Of a stretch of DNA of 64,000 nt, positions 1 to 18,245 are shown in pieces. Under the pieces are notes generated by a model that saw only the letters and a list, made by a program, of their open reading frames with translations, was not told where the DNA came from and searched no databases. Origin of the DNA: the human T2T-CHM13v2.0 reference genome, Homo sapiens; NCBI RefSeq assembly GCF_009914755.1, contig NC_060930.1; one strand, given 5' to 3'. Position numbers and translations under genes: made by a program. Every line of letters starts with the position of its first letter. The stretch's first letter is position 1.

Positions 1-1400
1 GGAGGCTTCTAACTGTTGGAGAGGGAAGTTATAGATAAGCAAGGGAGAAGGGCTAAAATAAATCCTGCTGTCTGGATTAGAGTCAAAGACATCATAAGGA
101 ACTCATGTTTGGCTCAATACTAATACTGACGAATAAACAGATAAATAATTCTAGATATATGTGTAATTATAGGCTAATATACATACCTGCATAACCTAGC
201 CCTGTCCTCTGAAAGGGCCTAAAAGCAATGACAACCCAATAATAACAAGTATGTCCAGCACCCAGATCTTGGTTTCTGAATACCACTCTCCAATAAAAAG
301 AACCAGAGCTCATTGGTGAAATGATTGATTCAAGGGCTAAGGTAGGACTAAGATGAACATGGAGCATTTTGTGGTACCCAAAAGTAAGGAAGTGCTCAAA
401 AAACAAAAGGATGGCAGGGTGGTGTCCATGTCAAAGTGTCACCAGAACAACCCTGAAAGAGTTCTCAATGGCAAAATTTGAACAACAAAATATTATTACT
501 AAGTCATAATCAAAAATATAAAACAAATTCACATAGTCTATACTGGCATAAATAAATGATTGAATAAATAAATAAATGAGAGAGAAGAGGTTACTTTCTT
601 ACAGAAGAATTCCAAATCATATATATAAGTATTTAGTCCTCCAGGATGTAGAACTTAGTGCCTCTAACTCCTATTTTCAGTGTGGGCAGGACTCAGTGAC
701 TTGCTTCCAAAAAATAGAGTATGATTTTAAAAAATAATAGAAATGGTAAAATACTGTTTTATAGAAGAGAAACCTGGCAAACATATCTTAAACAAGCGAC
801 CAAGGTAAATAACACTAATGATGTCGAATTATTATTATGTACCCCTGATATGATATGATGAAAAGAATATTTTCATATCTGTAGTATTCTTGCCAAAAAC
901 TTACAACCACAGTCTAATCATGAGAAAAACGTAAGACAAACCTAATTTGAAAGACATCTATAAAATATTTGACTAGTTCTCCTCAAAACTGTTAAGGTTA
1001 TGAAAAATAGGAAGAGAATGAGAAACCGTCACAGACCAGAGGAGATTAAGAAAACATTACAATTAAATGTAATGTGGTGTCCTGGATAGGAACCAGGAAC
1101 AGAAAAGGACATTCATAGAAAAACTGGTAAAATTCTAATAAAGTCTATGGTTAAAAAATAAATGTGTACATATAGGAGTCCACATTGATATAAATAAACA
1201 ATTAAATAAATGGAAGAGAAGTGGAAGTGGCAAATATGTCTTAAAGAAGAATTCCAAATAATAAATTCACATATTCTCCCTCACAGGAGATGGAGTTAAA
1301 CCCTCCGTTCTTGACTTGCCTCCAAAGAACAGAATATAGAAAGAAGAAAATTTGTTACTATACAATGCAGAGAACTTGCAAACCTAGTACTGCCTGTCCC
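1..1400 (+). mobile_element. Old L1 3' region (L1MC-like)
   Basis: A-rich, with recalled L1MC 3'UTR motifs (aaagtaaggaagtgctcaaaaaa; ccagtctaatcatgagaaaaac; aatgtaatgtggtgtcctggatagg). Confidence 0.65.
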
Positions 1401-1403
1401 TGA

Positions 1404-1796
<393 letters not shown>

Positions 1797-2229
1797 TAAT
1801 TTCTCTGGTGCTGGCTGAAAATTCAGCCCCTTGGGGTCTGCTAACAAACTTTCTTACATATTGATCTGACACCATTTCTAGAATTTTGTCATTTTCTCCC
1901 TGCCTTCAGAGGGTTGTCTTTTTTAAAAAAAAAAAAAAAATCTTGAGTTTTAGTGGGATGCCATAAAGGAATAAAATTGAGGCGTGTGTTCAATTTGCCA
2001 TCTTACCCTAGAAATTTGCTTGAATTTCTTTCTAGGTTGGTACATATATAGCTATCTAATTAGTTTTAACTGGATATACCGTGGAATAACCATTTCTCCA
2101 TTGGTAAGCATATAAAGTTGTTTCTTATTTTTCACTAAACGATGTTGCAGTGAATATTCTTATACATATTATCTTTGTTCATCTGTGTGCCTGTGCTGAG
2201 TTAAGAACATATACACTTTATGTAAGTTA

Positions 2230-2385
2230 TTCATGGTTAAGCTATTTAGCCTCTTAGTCTCACTTTCCTCATTTGTGAAATGCAGAGAACAGTGCCTACC
2301 TCATATGGTTATTGTGAAGATCAAATGAGTTAACATGTGTAAAGTGCCTAAAACATAGTAACAGCTATATAGGTTGTTAGTTATT
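2230..2385 (+). mobile_element. MIR fragment
   Basis: ctcactttcctcatttgtgaaatg...cctacctcatatggttattgtgaagatcaaatgag core. Confidence 0.75.
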
Positions 2386-2704
2386 GTCAAATTGCCCTCT
2401 GTAAAGGCTATCAGTTATTACAGAGCCGCATTTCCCACCTTTGCTCAAACCCTGGTTATTACAGTCTACTTTTTGAGAAGGAAGGGCAATTTTATTGGTA
2501 AAGACAGCATCAGCACCTCATTGTCTAAACTGTCGCTTCACTGTGACTGAGTTTGATAATCTTCTTTCCAATGTTTATCGATCAATTTCCCTTTTCCCCA
2601 TGCTTATGTATATCTTTTACTTATAAATTATGAAATATTTGAAATGATATACATGAATATCTGTTTTGGGGTATCATCCTTATTTATTTGAGCTTTTTCT
2701 TCCC

Positions 2705-3171
2705 AAAGTGAAAGCAAGTTTATTAAGAAAGTAAAGGAATAAAACAATGGCTACTCCACAGACAGTGTAGTCCTATGGGCTGCTGGTTGCCCATTTTTAT
2801 GGTTAATTTTTGATGATATGCTAAACAGGGGGTGGATTATTCATGCCTCCCCCTTTTAGACCATATAGGGTAACTTCCTGACGTTGCCATAGCATTTGTA
2901 AACTGTCATGACGCTGGTGGGAGTGTCGCAGTGAGGACAACCAGAGGTAAATCTCGTCGCCATTTTGGTTTTGGTAGGTTTTGGCCAGCTCCTTTACTGC
3001 AACATGTTTTATCAGCAAGGTCTTTATGACCTGTAGTTTGTACTGACCTCCTATCTCATCCTGTGATGTAGAGTGCCTTAACCGTCTGGGAATGCAGCCC
3101 AGTAGGTTTCAGCCTCATTTTACCCAGCTCCTGTTTAAGATGGAGTTGCTCAGGTTCACACGCCTCTAACA
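2705..3171 (-). repeat. MER41A 3' LTR, U3-R only
   Basis: TGTTAGAGGCGTGTGAACC start on minus. CATAAAAA TATA-like at ~2794-2801. AATAAA at 2724-2719, similarity stops 14 nt later. Confidence 0.88.
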
Positions 3172-3946
3172 TTTCCCCCCTCCCTTTTATAAGAGAACCC
3201 TTAATCCTAATGATTGCAGAGGGATGAAGATCCATCTTCTTCTGTAACTTCTTCAGGCTGAATAGGGGCAATGATATTCCTGCCTAAGTATGAGGGTCTC
3301 TTGCACTCAGGGTAGAGAGGAGCTCAGTCAGAAAGCACCAGTATGGTAAGGTCCATTCATAACTCTTTAAGTTTCAACAGAAGGTAAATGTTTAATTTAT
3401 GAAAATATTCAGTAAGCTTCTCCTATATTCCTACACAAAGAGTGTAACAGCAATATATTCCACAAGAGTACAGCAAAATAAGTAAAGTTATTCCAAGTAA
3501 ACTAAACTAGAAGGTTTTCCATGAACTGGACAACTGTTGAAACCAAGTTGATATGGGGTTGCTAGCTGATTGCAATGTGCCCAGAATTAGAATACTGATT
3601 CAGATTTTTACATTACCCATCCCACTTGTTCTGAGCAACAGTCAGAGATCACCTGGTTGGTTCACAGGAATTAGTTCACAGGGTTAGCCTACGTTGCAGA
3701 AACAAACTTAAAAACAATTAATGAGACTAGAATTTAACAACAAGTGTACCATAGTTTTTGAAACATAGTATTTCCCTCTCCAGTTTCTCATTTTTACTAA
3801 AGACAAATTATGGTAAGACCGATATGCTTTATAAAACTTGGCCTGATTATTTGCATAAAGTGCAGCAAGAATAATTATTTTTGACATAAGCTCTTTTTTA
3901 AATTGGCTTTGATGGAACTCTGTTCCATAGATGGAATTTCAGATAA

Positions 3947-4244
<298 letters not shown>

Positions 4245-6862
4245 CCAGATAAGACTTTTTAAAAGCCAAGCCCAGCCTTGGGTTTCTACCCTCAAGTAGC
4301 TATGAATTGGGTAAATTCCTCTCCTCTTGGGGTCCCAAGATAACTTGGAGCTCCTGGACCTGATAGAAAGTGACACTCTTTACTTACCACAGGTCAGAAA
4401 TCCTGTTTACAGGGACTGTGTAGGCAAGGAATGAGGCCATTTCCTCAAGGGACTTTAATTGGCTCTGTAAGTCAAGTTTAATTTCTTAAAGGAAAACACA
4501 CCATTCCAGTCAAAGCCTTGGTAAAATAACCAATTTACCCAATTGTGTCCTGTTACAAAAGAAAACAGATTCTTACTGCACCTATGCAAATAACCATATT
4601 GCCATAAGTTAAGAATACTCGCAACTAGTTTCCAAATTCTGGAGAAATCAGGTAGAGAGAAATAAATATGCTCCAAAGTTTGTTCATAGGAGTACACTCA
4701 ACTGTTAAAAGCTGTAAAAAGCTCAAAAGAAGTTTTCTTGACTCTGAAAAACAAAGGATCAGCAACATTTTAAGCAAAGTTAAAAAGACTAGGCTTCTTC
4801 AGTTTAGTCCATGTCGTTATCTTCTGTTGGATAGTTATGAACATTTTAGCTCTGAGAGTTCTGAAAGTTTTTTCCTTTATTCTGATGTCATAATCTCCAA
4901 AGCTATCAGAAAACTTGCACTTAAGAATACCTGCTAGAGTTCTATAGTTGATTATAAATCACCTTCTAAAGAGGACTAAAACAAGACAACAATTGTCTGT
5001 GGATAGTAAAAAGTTTTAGGCCAGCCCCTATTAAAGCCACAGTAGATAAGGAAATTTCGTTGATTTTGTGGTACACAGAATTTTACATAACAATTATAAA
5101 TAACATACATTAAGTCGTATTAGAATTATAGGAGTTTCCCATAACTTTGGAACATATTCCAATAACACATTTATGCAAATATAGTACAATGCAAGCAAAA
5201 CACCATTTTACATTTGATAATGCTTCCTGTATGACTTTTACACCAAATAAGCCAAATTTCACCTTTATATTAATGTTCTATTAATGTTAAACCCAATTCT
5301 TAATAAAATTTTACAAATATGTCTATCCAATCTTAATCGGTTTGACCATAAGGTAAGATTCTTATAACCCTTTACATTTTTTTGTGAAAGAGCAGATTAG
5401 TGCTCTAAGAAAAACCTGTTGTGCTTTTATTCCAATGTTTAATTTACGGAAAAACTGAGTAACACCCCTTTAACTTTAGTCAATATGTTCACACACAGAA
5501 TCTCTCTCAATTTTTTTCACACCATCCACAACTGTTCAAACTTTTAGCTTTATTCTAACTTAAAATAATTATTTAACTCTTTAGGCAAAAAAATCCACAT
5601 TCCCGTGCCTTCTTATAATCTTTTACCAAAAGTACATTTTATTTTCCTTACACACCTTGCATATAGAACTGTTTCTTCAATAGTCTCAATTACATGTTAC
5701 GATGTTAACTTTTACGTTTGGTGAAAACCCTGGTTAGTAAGCAATTTTAATTGTGTTACTAGGACACACCAGGCAGAACTGCAGATAAGAACTGACTCTC
5801 CAGCATAGCTAGGGGGCATGGCTAACTCCACATGTCCCCAGGCCTTATCTAGAATCTAATGGCTTTACGGTAGGCAAATTGAACAGTTTCCAAAGTCAAC
5901 CAGTTTGACCTTAAAGCATTTAGCAAATCTAATATCTGACCTTAATTTAGACCAAATGTCTACATTTTCAAGACATTTTATTTTACCTATAATTTTTAAA
6001 ACTGTCTTTATTTCCAAAAGATTACTAAAGTCACGCGAACAAAAAGGCATTAAAGCATTAAAGTTTCCATTTTTCTGAAAAAATATTAAGTGCTTATTTT
6101 TCTAAGCCAATCAATTAGAGCTCTTTTATACATAAACATACAACACATATTAATACATAGAAGATTCCGCACGTGTAAGATTTTTCATTGCCAGTTTCTT
6201 AAGTGGATTACTGGCTTCAGGGTGGAGCCCTTGGAGGAAAAGCGCCAGGAAAGCATGCGTTTCTGGGGCCAAATAAGCAGCTGAAGGCAAAGACAGATCC
6301 CCAAAATTAAGGGTGCCATTTTATGCTGGTTCCTGGATCCCCAAAAGGAGGGAAATACTACAGAAGACAGTACAGTGCTTCTACTCTGCATTTCACTGCA
6401 AGGCAACCCAAAGCCAATCAGCCCATTTCGTCATCAGCCCATCCTTCATGGAAGTCTCATCTCCCAGTGGGGGGTGGGGATGTTTCCTTATCTTCCAGGT
6501 GGCCAAGAGCATACTTCTCTGATCCAAGTGTGCAAAGAGTCAAGTGCCCCTCCCTAACTACTATTAGCCATCCCTTAAAGTATATTTCCTACCTAGTTAT
6601 TACACACCAAAGCTCTCTCATAATGCAAAGTAATTTCTGATACCCCCAAAACTCAAAACTGTCAGATAACACAATGCAAAACAGAACACAGCCTTTGATT
6701 TTGAGAGGGATCCATGTGCTTTTAATTCCTGGGGTTTCATGAGGAAAAGAGGGTTTTTTCCCTAAACAGGGTCTGTGGCACTTCCTCTGTTTTTCCCAAG
6801 GGGTCTTAGGCTACCAGAAGTTATCTTAGGGCCTCTCATGTGTGCATTAAGAGTGGAAAGAC

Positions 6863-7316
<454 letters not shown>

Positions 7317-9021
7317 TTAACCATAGTGCTCTTTAAAAAAACAAATCCTTTCAGATCTCTTATTACCTGACTTTAGCCTTCCCAAATGACCAATATTTCT
7401 AGCTTCTGAACTTTATCAAAGGTGCTGAGAGAAAGGAAAATTTAAGACAGTCCACGGAGGAGAAGAGAATAGACAAGATCACACAGATATTAAACCACAG
7501 AAATGACTTACTTCCTAGTGGAGAACTGAACCAGGACTGCCAGTGTGAAAGTGCAAAATGTCAGCTACTGAGCTACATACAGTAAGGGGTAGTCCCCATT
7601 TCCTTTCCCAGAACAAGTCTACAGTAGTTAATTTTGAGCTTGCAGAGGCTTTTAACTATTTAATATGATTTTTAGAGCTAACTATGACATGAACCCTAAA
7701 ATTCCTGTTCCCTGGAAAGGGGAGACCAAAAGTACTGCCACGTGGTTACAAGGTCAAGCTCCCAAGGACGTAAAACAAGGTGGAGACTTCATCCAGTATT
7801 TGTGTTTGTTTCAGAGACCTGCAGCCAAATTTGTTACTGACCAGCTTGCTGGTTATTCTTGAAAAGCGGGCTTACAGGTGTTCTAAGCCCGTGTTTTATC
7901 CTGAAGTACCCCTCAACACAGAAAAACAAATTCATAGCACAAAATACACCAGCTTAAGACTAGCCTTAGAATTCTTTTTTGCATTAATCAAAACTTTACA
8001 GAGGAGATAAACACTGATTTTTTTTTTTAACCATTCAGTCAACCGTTTGCACAGAGAGAGAGAGAAGCCTGAAATCTGACTGGTAAGAAATTCTTACTCT
8101 TTTGCCGGCATGCCAGGCTTCTGGGTTCCCTTTCCCTGAGCAGCCCTAGTGATCCAGCTTGTGGCACCATAGCCATGGGGGCCAAGCTGCATCATAAAGG
8201 AAAATTTTTTTTTTCGTTCTGGCCAGAGCAAAGTCCATGTGATAAAAACAGAGACATTAGCCACTCTGCTTAGCACCCAATATCAAACTGGCAAGGCTTA
8301 AATTTGTCCCCAGATGGGCCCCATCATCTTTAATCCAAACTCCGACTTAAGAGTTTCAACACGTGGTCTCTGGGCAAGATGGTCACCCTGAGTAATAGAA
8401 AAGATAGGAAAGGAAAAGTAGAGAAGGAAAGTATTGCCTGTGGCAGGGTGGGGAAGGTGAACAGCTTAGGGAGGCCAGAGAAAGACCCACCCATTGCAGC
8501 AACACTGAAAAGTTCAGGCGGCTGTTTCTCAGTACCAAAGAGATCTTTTCCAGCCAGTCTCATCAGCTCTCATTTCCCCTTTTAGGGAAGAAAAACCTCC
8601 CCATGTCCTACGATCCTGTACATGCCTAATCCTGCCACCCACAGCCATAGCAAAGAGTGCAAGGCAGATTAATCCAAAGAGAATAGCAGTTAACATCCAA
8701 TAGTGACGAGAGGGGACTCTAATCCTCCTAAGTTGGGCCTCTAACCCAAGGTCAGTCAAGCATCCTTGCCTTTTATTAAGAGGGGCTCCAACCCACTGTG
8801 TCTTAGGAGAGACTCTAACTCCCCTAAGTTGGGCCTCTAACCCAATCCCATCCTTTACCCAGGTACCCCACTACTTACCCAAAGTTGTCCAATCAGTGCT
8901 GCATCTATTTCCTTTGGGTCGGGGGTCTCAATATTGTCCCTTTTGTGGTTCATGAGAAAGATGTTACTAGACCCCACCACTTACCCAAAGTTAGCCTTTG
9001 GGTCAGGGGTTTCTGCAGTAT

Positions 9022-9041
9022 AGTCCCTTCTATGGTCGCCA
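9022..9041 (-). promoter_or_regulatory. PBS resembling tRNA-Arg(TCG)
   Basis: TGGCGACCATAGAAGGGACT vs expected TGGCGACCACGAAGGGACT, 6 nt from the LTR end. Confidence 0.7.
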
Positions 9042-9047
9042 GAAATA

Positions 9048-9191
9048 TGTTACAGGAACGAGGTCCTGATCCAGACCCCAAGAGAGGGTTCCTGTATCTC
9101 GTGCAAGAAAGAAGTCAGGGCGAGTCCACAGTGCAAAATGAAAGCAAGTTTATTAAGAAAGTAAAGGAATAAAAGGAAGGCTGCTCCACAG
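9048..9191 (-). repeat. MER41 5' LTR, R-U5 only
   Basis: Shares the R segment with 2708-2761 and ends ...CCTGTAACA. No U3 upstream. Confidence 0.85.
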
Positions 9192-9346
9192 CCTACAGGA
9201 GCTCTTTAGGCACTAGAGATACTATTTCCTGGTCAATTATATTACAAATATTTGCTTCCAGTATGTGTCTTTTTTATTTTGCATCTTTTGTCAATGTTCA
9301 ATTTCTTTAAATTTTTATTAAATGTTTTGTGACTTAAGAACATTTC

Positions 9347-9674
<328 letters not shown>

Positions 9675-12600
9675 TTATCTCCTAGATTTTTATGATTTTT
9701 AAAAGAAATCAAAAGCTCTTTATTCCATCTCAAATCTGAGGTAGGGATCTACTACCACATTTTTCAGGCCTAATACTTCCCTGCTGCTTTAAAATGCTGT
9801 CTTTATATCATGTATTAAATTTCCATATACGCATGTGTTTTAAAAAAGTACTTAAGTTAATATGCTTGCTACAGAAATGTGTTATACATATAAACATGTA
9901 TGTATGTATATGGGGGTATTTTTGCCAAATAGTGGAACAGAAATTCTAGGTTTTTGTTTTATTCTCTGATTTGTTTGGCTCATATACCATAAATTGGCAG
10001 GGATTTTATTAATTATGTGTGTTCTTTCCAACACAGAAAAAAGGCCCCCATAGAAGCCTTCTTTACTCTTAAATGCCCATGGAGATCAAACCTAATCCTA
10101 GGCTTATCTTAATGGCTAAATCTCCTTGGAGAATAAACTAATTCTAGGAGCTTCAGGTGGTGTGAATTAGACTATGTGAATCATTTCAAAATAAAAATTA
10201 TTTTTTAAAGAAATCCAATATATAGATGTTTTTAGGAAAAGAAAGCAAATCATAAAACATGTATGGGATGATCAGTTTATTTAAAAGCCTGTGTGTATGT
10301 GACTAAATGAACAGCAAAAGGTCTGGAAGAACATAGAACACATTAATAACACTGGGGACCTCTTGAAAAGCAAGAATTAAAGAAGGAAACGAAATAAAGG
10401 GAGACTTCTTTTTTTGCTCCATATAATTTTTCAAAATAATTGTATGTGGAGTCAAATTTTTCAAATCCATGAATAATATCTGAAATATGAATTTGCTTTT
10501 AAAACAATATTCATCTTTATGCTCTTGTAAATGTGTATTTATTACCTTTATAAATCAGAAAAAATAAGAAGAAATACATAATAGTAGTTGACATTAAGGA
10601 CAAGTTTGACAATCTCTTTTTAAGTTCTTTTTCTCTTCATTTTCTTTTTCACTTACACCTATATGACAACAGGACTTCTGGTTCAAGATCACTGCCTGAG
10701 TATACAGACATATATTCCCTCCCTTTCAAGACCCAGTGAAATGACAAAAAGTAAAGCATGGAAACCACACCAATGAACAATATGGGACCATCAAGCAAAA
10801 GAGATCAGAACAAAATTCCTGACAATAGAAAACAAAGGGCGTTAAATATTGAAGTAGAATGTACACTACAACCTCAGAAATACCAGGTACAAAACCAGGA
10901 TTGAAAAAAAAACGTAGGTGGAAACAGAAACCTTAACTGACAGTCTACATATCCATTGTTTCATTCAACAAAATTGAACACCCAGGACATACCAGTTCCT
11001 GTCCTATGATACAAACAATAGGCAAACCCAAAATAAAGCAGGGGGCACAAAATTGTGAGGGTGGCAGTAGAAATATCACTTCAGATAAGTCAGGAAACAT
11101 TTCTAGGGAAAAAAATTGAGAAGAGAGACGCAAAAAAAAATAAGGGAGCAAGGAAGGAGAACAAGAATCATTTCTTAAGCAATGATAATGATGTAAACTG
11201 TGCTAAGATATTTAAAAATCATCGTATTAAATCATCACCACACATAGAGTTACCTCCAATTTAGAGATTTTTTTAAAAAATGAGGCTCAAAGAAGTCAGA
11301 AATTATTCAAGGTTGTACAGATAACTATAATAAGTAATACCAGGTTTTAAATGCAGCTCAAGCTCTTCACCAAATTAATAATACTAATTTTATCTTCTGG
11401 GAACCTACACCCATGCTAACAAAAGCCAAGTGGGGTACCTAGACTTCTAAACTTGCCAGGCTGTAATAAAGCACCCTAAAACTGCCACCATAGTAGTATC
11501 CAAGAAGCCCAAGTAGGGAGATAGGGCCTTTACTCCTGTCCAGCAATATGGTGACACCTCTTCCCCTCTTCCCCTTAGGTGGTATCAGAGGAGGCCTGGT
11601 AGAGACTGAGGACTTTCACCATCACTGAGTAGTAATAAGGCAACCCACACTGTGGTGTCAATGGTGATAACCTGGGAATCCTGGACTTCCATCCCTACCC
11701 AGCAGTAACAAGGTGCTCTTCCTTATCCCTCAGGTATCAGCAAAGGCCTCACAGGAAATTGGGACTTCTATCACCACCTGGCAATAAGGAGACAGTGCCC
11801 CATAACTTTCAACTACAAGACCCAAAGAAATCCACCGAAAGGCACATGATAATTGAATTTCTGAAAACTGAAGAAAAAAAATATTGAAATCAGCCAGAAA
11901 AAAAAATGACAACTTATCAATGGGGGAGGGAGGGCACAAAACAATTCAAATGACAGCAGATTTGTCATCAGAAATCATGGCAGCCAGAAAGAAGAAGAAA
12001 AATATTTTCACGTGATAAAAGAAAAGAAGCATCAGACTAGAAATGTGTATCCAGTAAAATTGCCCTCAAAGAATCAAGGGGAAGTCAAGACATTCTCAGA
12101 TAAAAGAAAACTAAGATAATTTGTCATTGGAGATCTAAAAGAATGAAGAATGACTATTGGAGGTTCTCTAAACAGAAAGGAAGCAATAAAAAAAGAAACC
12201 TTGGAACATACAAAGGAAGAAAAAACACAAGAAACAAAATTATGAATAAATAAAATAGGCTTTCCTTCTTCTCCTGAGTTTCTTAAATTATGTTTGACAG
12301 TTGTTGGAAGTGGTTTTAAATGTATGTAGAGGAAATATGTGAAACTCTTTTATCATAAATGAGGGACGGTAAAGGAATATAAAAACAGGTAAGATTTCTC
12401 TACTCCACTCAAAGTGGTAAAAAAAATCAGTAAACTGTGATACATATGTATATATAATATACCAAGAGCAATGTATATAAAAATACCTAAAGCAACTACT
12501 AGAAGAACTATACAAAGAGAGACACTGAAAAACACAGATGAATCCAAATGGAATTCTAAAAATGTTCAAGTAACCCATAGGAAGGCAGATAATGAAAACA

Positions 12601-13507
12601 GAAATGGAGAACAAATACAAAGACTTAAGTATTAACATATAAATAATTACATTAAATGTAAATGGTCTAAATATACCAATTAAAAGATAGAAATTGGCAC
12701 AGCAGATTGATGAGAAACCACGTCCCAACTATGCCGTTACAAGTCATTTACCTCAAATAATAACATAGATAGGTTGTATGTAAAAGGATATAAAACATAT
12801 GCCATGTGAACATTAATGAAAAAAGCGTGTTAGCTATATTAACATCAGATAAAGTAAGCTTTGGAGAAAATAAAATTACCAAAGACAGAGAGGGACATTA
12901 TATAATGATAAAAGGGCCGATCGACCAAGAAGTAATAGCAATTCTAAATGTCTACACACCAAACAATGTGGCTGCAATATATAAAGCAAAAACACAGAAA
13001 TAAAAAAATACACAAATCTATAATTATATTTGTAACTTTCAAACACTCTTCTTTCAACAACTGATAGAAAAACTAGACAGAAAATCATCAAGTATACAGA
13101 ACTCAACATAAACAAGATCTAATCAACATTTATAGGACACTCCCCCACTACAACAGCAGAATACACATTCTTTCCAAGTACCCACAGAACATACATCAAA
13201 TATACCATACGGTGGGCCCTAAAACAAATGTCAACAAATTTAAAGGACTGAAATCACATGAAGAGTTTCTGGCTACAATGGAAAAAACTAGAAATTAATA
13301 ACAGAAAGACAGCAGGAAAATCTCCAAACACTTTGAAACTAAACAACACACTTACAGTCCTGAGAAGCAAAGAGGAAGTCATAAGGCAAATAAAAAAAAA
13401 AACCACACTGAACTAAAATGAAAATATAAAATATCAAAATTTGTGGGACACAGCTAAAGCAGTTCTGAGAGGAAAATTTATAATAGCATATTTTAAAAGT
13501 GGCAAAC

Positions 13508-13806
13508 GGCCAGGTGCGGTGGCTCACACCTATAATCCCGGCACTTTGTGAGGCCGAGGCGGGTGGATCATGAGGTCAGGAGATCCAGATCCTGGCTAAC
13601 ATAGTGAAACCCTGTCTCTACTAAAAATACAAAAAAAAAAAAAATTAGCCAGGCATGGTGACGGGTGCCTGTAGTCCCAGCTACTGGGGAGGCTGAGGCA
13701 GGAGAATGGTGTGAACCAGGAGGCGGAGCTGGCAGTGAGCCGAGACTGCACCACTGCACTCTAGCCTGGGCGACAGAGTGAGACTCTGTCTCAAAAAAAA
13801 AAAAAA
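13508..13806 (+). mobile_element. AluY-like
   Basis: Full dimer with A-tail. Confidence 0.93.
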
Positions 13807-14044
13807 GCGGGGGGGGGACTCTCAAATCAGTAATCTAATCTGCTAACAAGAACCTAGAAAAAAAGAAGAGTTCAACAGACCCAAAGCAGAAAAAAAGGAA
13901 GCAACAAAGAGCAGAAATTGCTGAAATTGAAAACAGAAAACAAATGAGAAAATTAATGTGATCAGGAGATGGTTCTTTGTAGAGATCAGTAAAATCAACA
14001 AACTGCTACCAAAACTGAAAAACAAGGCAGGAAGACACAAATTA

Positions 14045-14352
<308 letters not shown>

Positions 14353-14543
14353 ACAATAACTGAAATGAAACAGGAGACATCACCACATAGCCTGCAGACA
14401 TCTAACAAATAATAAGAGAATGTTATAAACAATTCTACACACATAAACTTGATAATTTAGGTGAAATCAGCCACTTCCTCTAAAAAACAAATGCAACGCA
14501 TCCAATTTGAAACAGATAATTTGAATTACTTTATAACTATTAA

Positions 14544-14922
<379 letters not shown>

Positions 14923-15637
14923 TCACTGAAAATTCTACCAAATGTATAAAAAAGAATCAGCACCATTCTATACAATCTCTTCCAAAAAATAAGAGAGAAC
15001 ATTTCCCCATTCATTTATAAAGGTATTATAGTATTAACCCTGATATCCAGAGAGTACCTGAGAAAAAAACTACAGGACAATATTCCTTATCGATACACGA
15101 AAACAATCCTTAACAAACTATAAACAAAATTCAGCAATATATAAAAAGAATTATATACCATGACCAAGTGGCGCTTATTCCAGGGATAAAAAGTTCGTTA
15201 AACATTTTTTAAATCAAGTAATAAAATGCACCACCATATCAACAAACTAAAGAAGAAAATCATAAATCAATTCATTGAGGAAAAAAAATTGACAACATCT
15301 AATACCTACTCATGATAAAAACCCTCTGCAAACTAGGAATAAGAAGTGCCCTCAAATTGATAAATGGTATCTACAAAAACCTACAGCTAACAGCTATACT
15401 ACTGCTACTTAATAGTGAAAAGACTGAATGCTATATCTGTGTAATCAGAAACAAGGCAAGGATATCCACTTCTACTACTCATAAACATTGTGCTAGATTC
15501 TTCTAGTCACTGCAGTAAGTCAAGAGAAGAAAACAAAAGGCACACAAATCAGAAAGAAAAAACTCCTTATTTATAGACAATGTGATTGTCTACATTCAAA
15601 ATTCCAAGGTATCTACCAAAACAAACTCTTAGAACTA

Positions 15638-15976
<339 letters not shown>

Positions 15977-15978
15977 TC

Positions 15979-15980
<2 letters not shown>

Positions 15981-16052
<72 letters not shown>
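15981..16052. repeat. (AGAC)8(AGAT)10 tetranucleotide STR
   Basis: Read directly. Confidence 0.97.
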
Positions 16053-16613
16053 TTTTTTAAAAGCAAATGTATTTCTATATTATAAATGTATTTCTAAACT
16101 TATTTCTGTGTTCTATGTCTTAAAACTTGAAAATACAATATAATTTACAATCACTCCAAAAACATAAAATATTAAGTGTAAATCTAACAACATATGCATA
16201 GAAAATATTAAAAACTATACAACGCTGATGAGCAAAATAAAAAATCTAAATAAATGAAGAACATACCATGTTCGTAGACTGGAAAACTCACCAAGAAAAG
16301 ATGTTATTTCTCCCCAATCTGATAGCTAAACAACAAAATTCCTATCAAATTCCTAGGAAGACTTTTTTTGTATTCTTTTTTGTGCAAACACAATTTTTAA
16401 GAGTTTTACTTACAGTAGCTTGATTATTCTAAGCTTATTTTTCTCTTTCTTCCTTTTTTTAACCAAATACCCAGACTTCAATATTCTAAGCTTATACAGA
16501 AAGGAAAAGAAACTAGAAGAGCTAAAACAATTTGAAAAACAAAACAGTACACATAATAACTCTACCCAAAAAGTAAATGGGAAAAAAAAAAAACCTCAGT
16601 CTATGTCTCACAC

Positions 16614-17198
16614 TGTGCAATAAGGATTAATTAACTCAGCAAAAGTCTGGGTTTCCCACACCGTGCACGTTCCGAGAAAGATTTGGCCCTTGCCCAGCTC
16701 CTAGGAAGTAACCTCTAAGCCCTTGGAATGTCCAGCCTAGTAAGAAAGTCTTTCTTTACCTGGGGGTTTTAGGCCACTCCATATAGTCTATGCTAATAAT
16801 GTGATTAATGGTGGGGGCCTTGGACCAAATGGTATCAGCTTGAGGGCTGCAGACGGAGGTCATCCATGAGGGCAGTCAACCACACCTACATACCGACCTA
16901 CCAAAAAACCCTGGACACCAGGGCTCAGCTGAGCTTACCCAGTTTTCAATATTCCACATGTTCTCATACATCACTGCTAGAAGAAACAAACTGTGCACAT
17001 GACTTCGCAGTGATAGAACGACTATAAATTTGGGTCTGGTGTCTCCTGGACCCTGTCCTTTGCTTCTTTTTCCATCACTGATTTAAATCTGTATCCTTTA
17101 GCTGTAACAAACCATAGCCATAAGTATAACAACTTTAAGTTCTGTGATTCTTTATGAGAATCACTGAGTCTAGGAGAAGCCTTGGGGACTCCTAAACA
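16614..17198 (+). mobile_element. MER21-type solo LTR inside the L1
   Basis: TGTGCAATAAGG...TAACTCAGC start, ...CTTGGGGACTCCTAAACA end. L1 sequence resumes on both sides. Confidence 0.7.
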
Positions 17199-17387
17199 CA
17201 CATATATAAAAAATTAACTCAAGATGGATCACAAATATAATAATAAAATATTTAAGAAAAAAATGAGAAAATATCTTCAAGATGTAGAACCAGGCAAAGA
17301 GTTCTTAAACTTGACATAAAAAGCACAAACCATAAAGGGAAAAAACCAGTACAGTGAATTTCAAATTTTAAAACTTGTGCTCTATGA

Positions 17388-18196
<809 letters not shown>

Positions 18197-18245
18197 ATTT
18201 TAAAAATAGTAAAACCTTGCGCTTTGCAGGAGATACAATTAAAAG

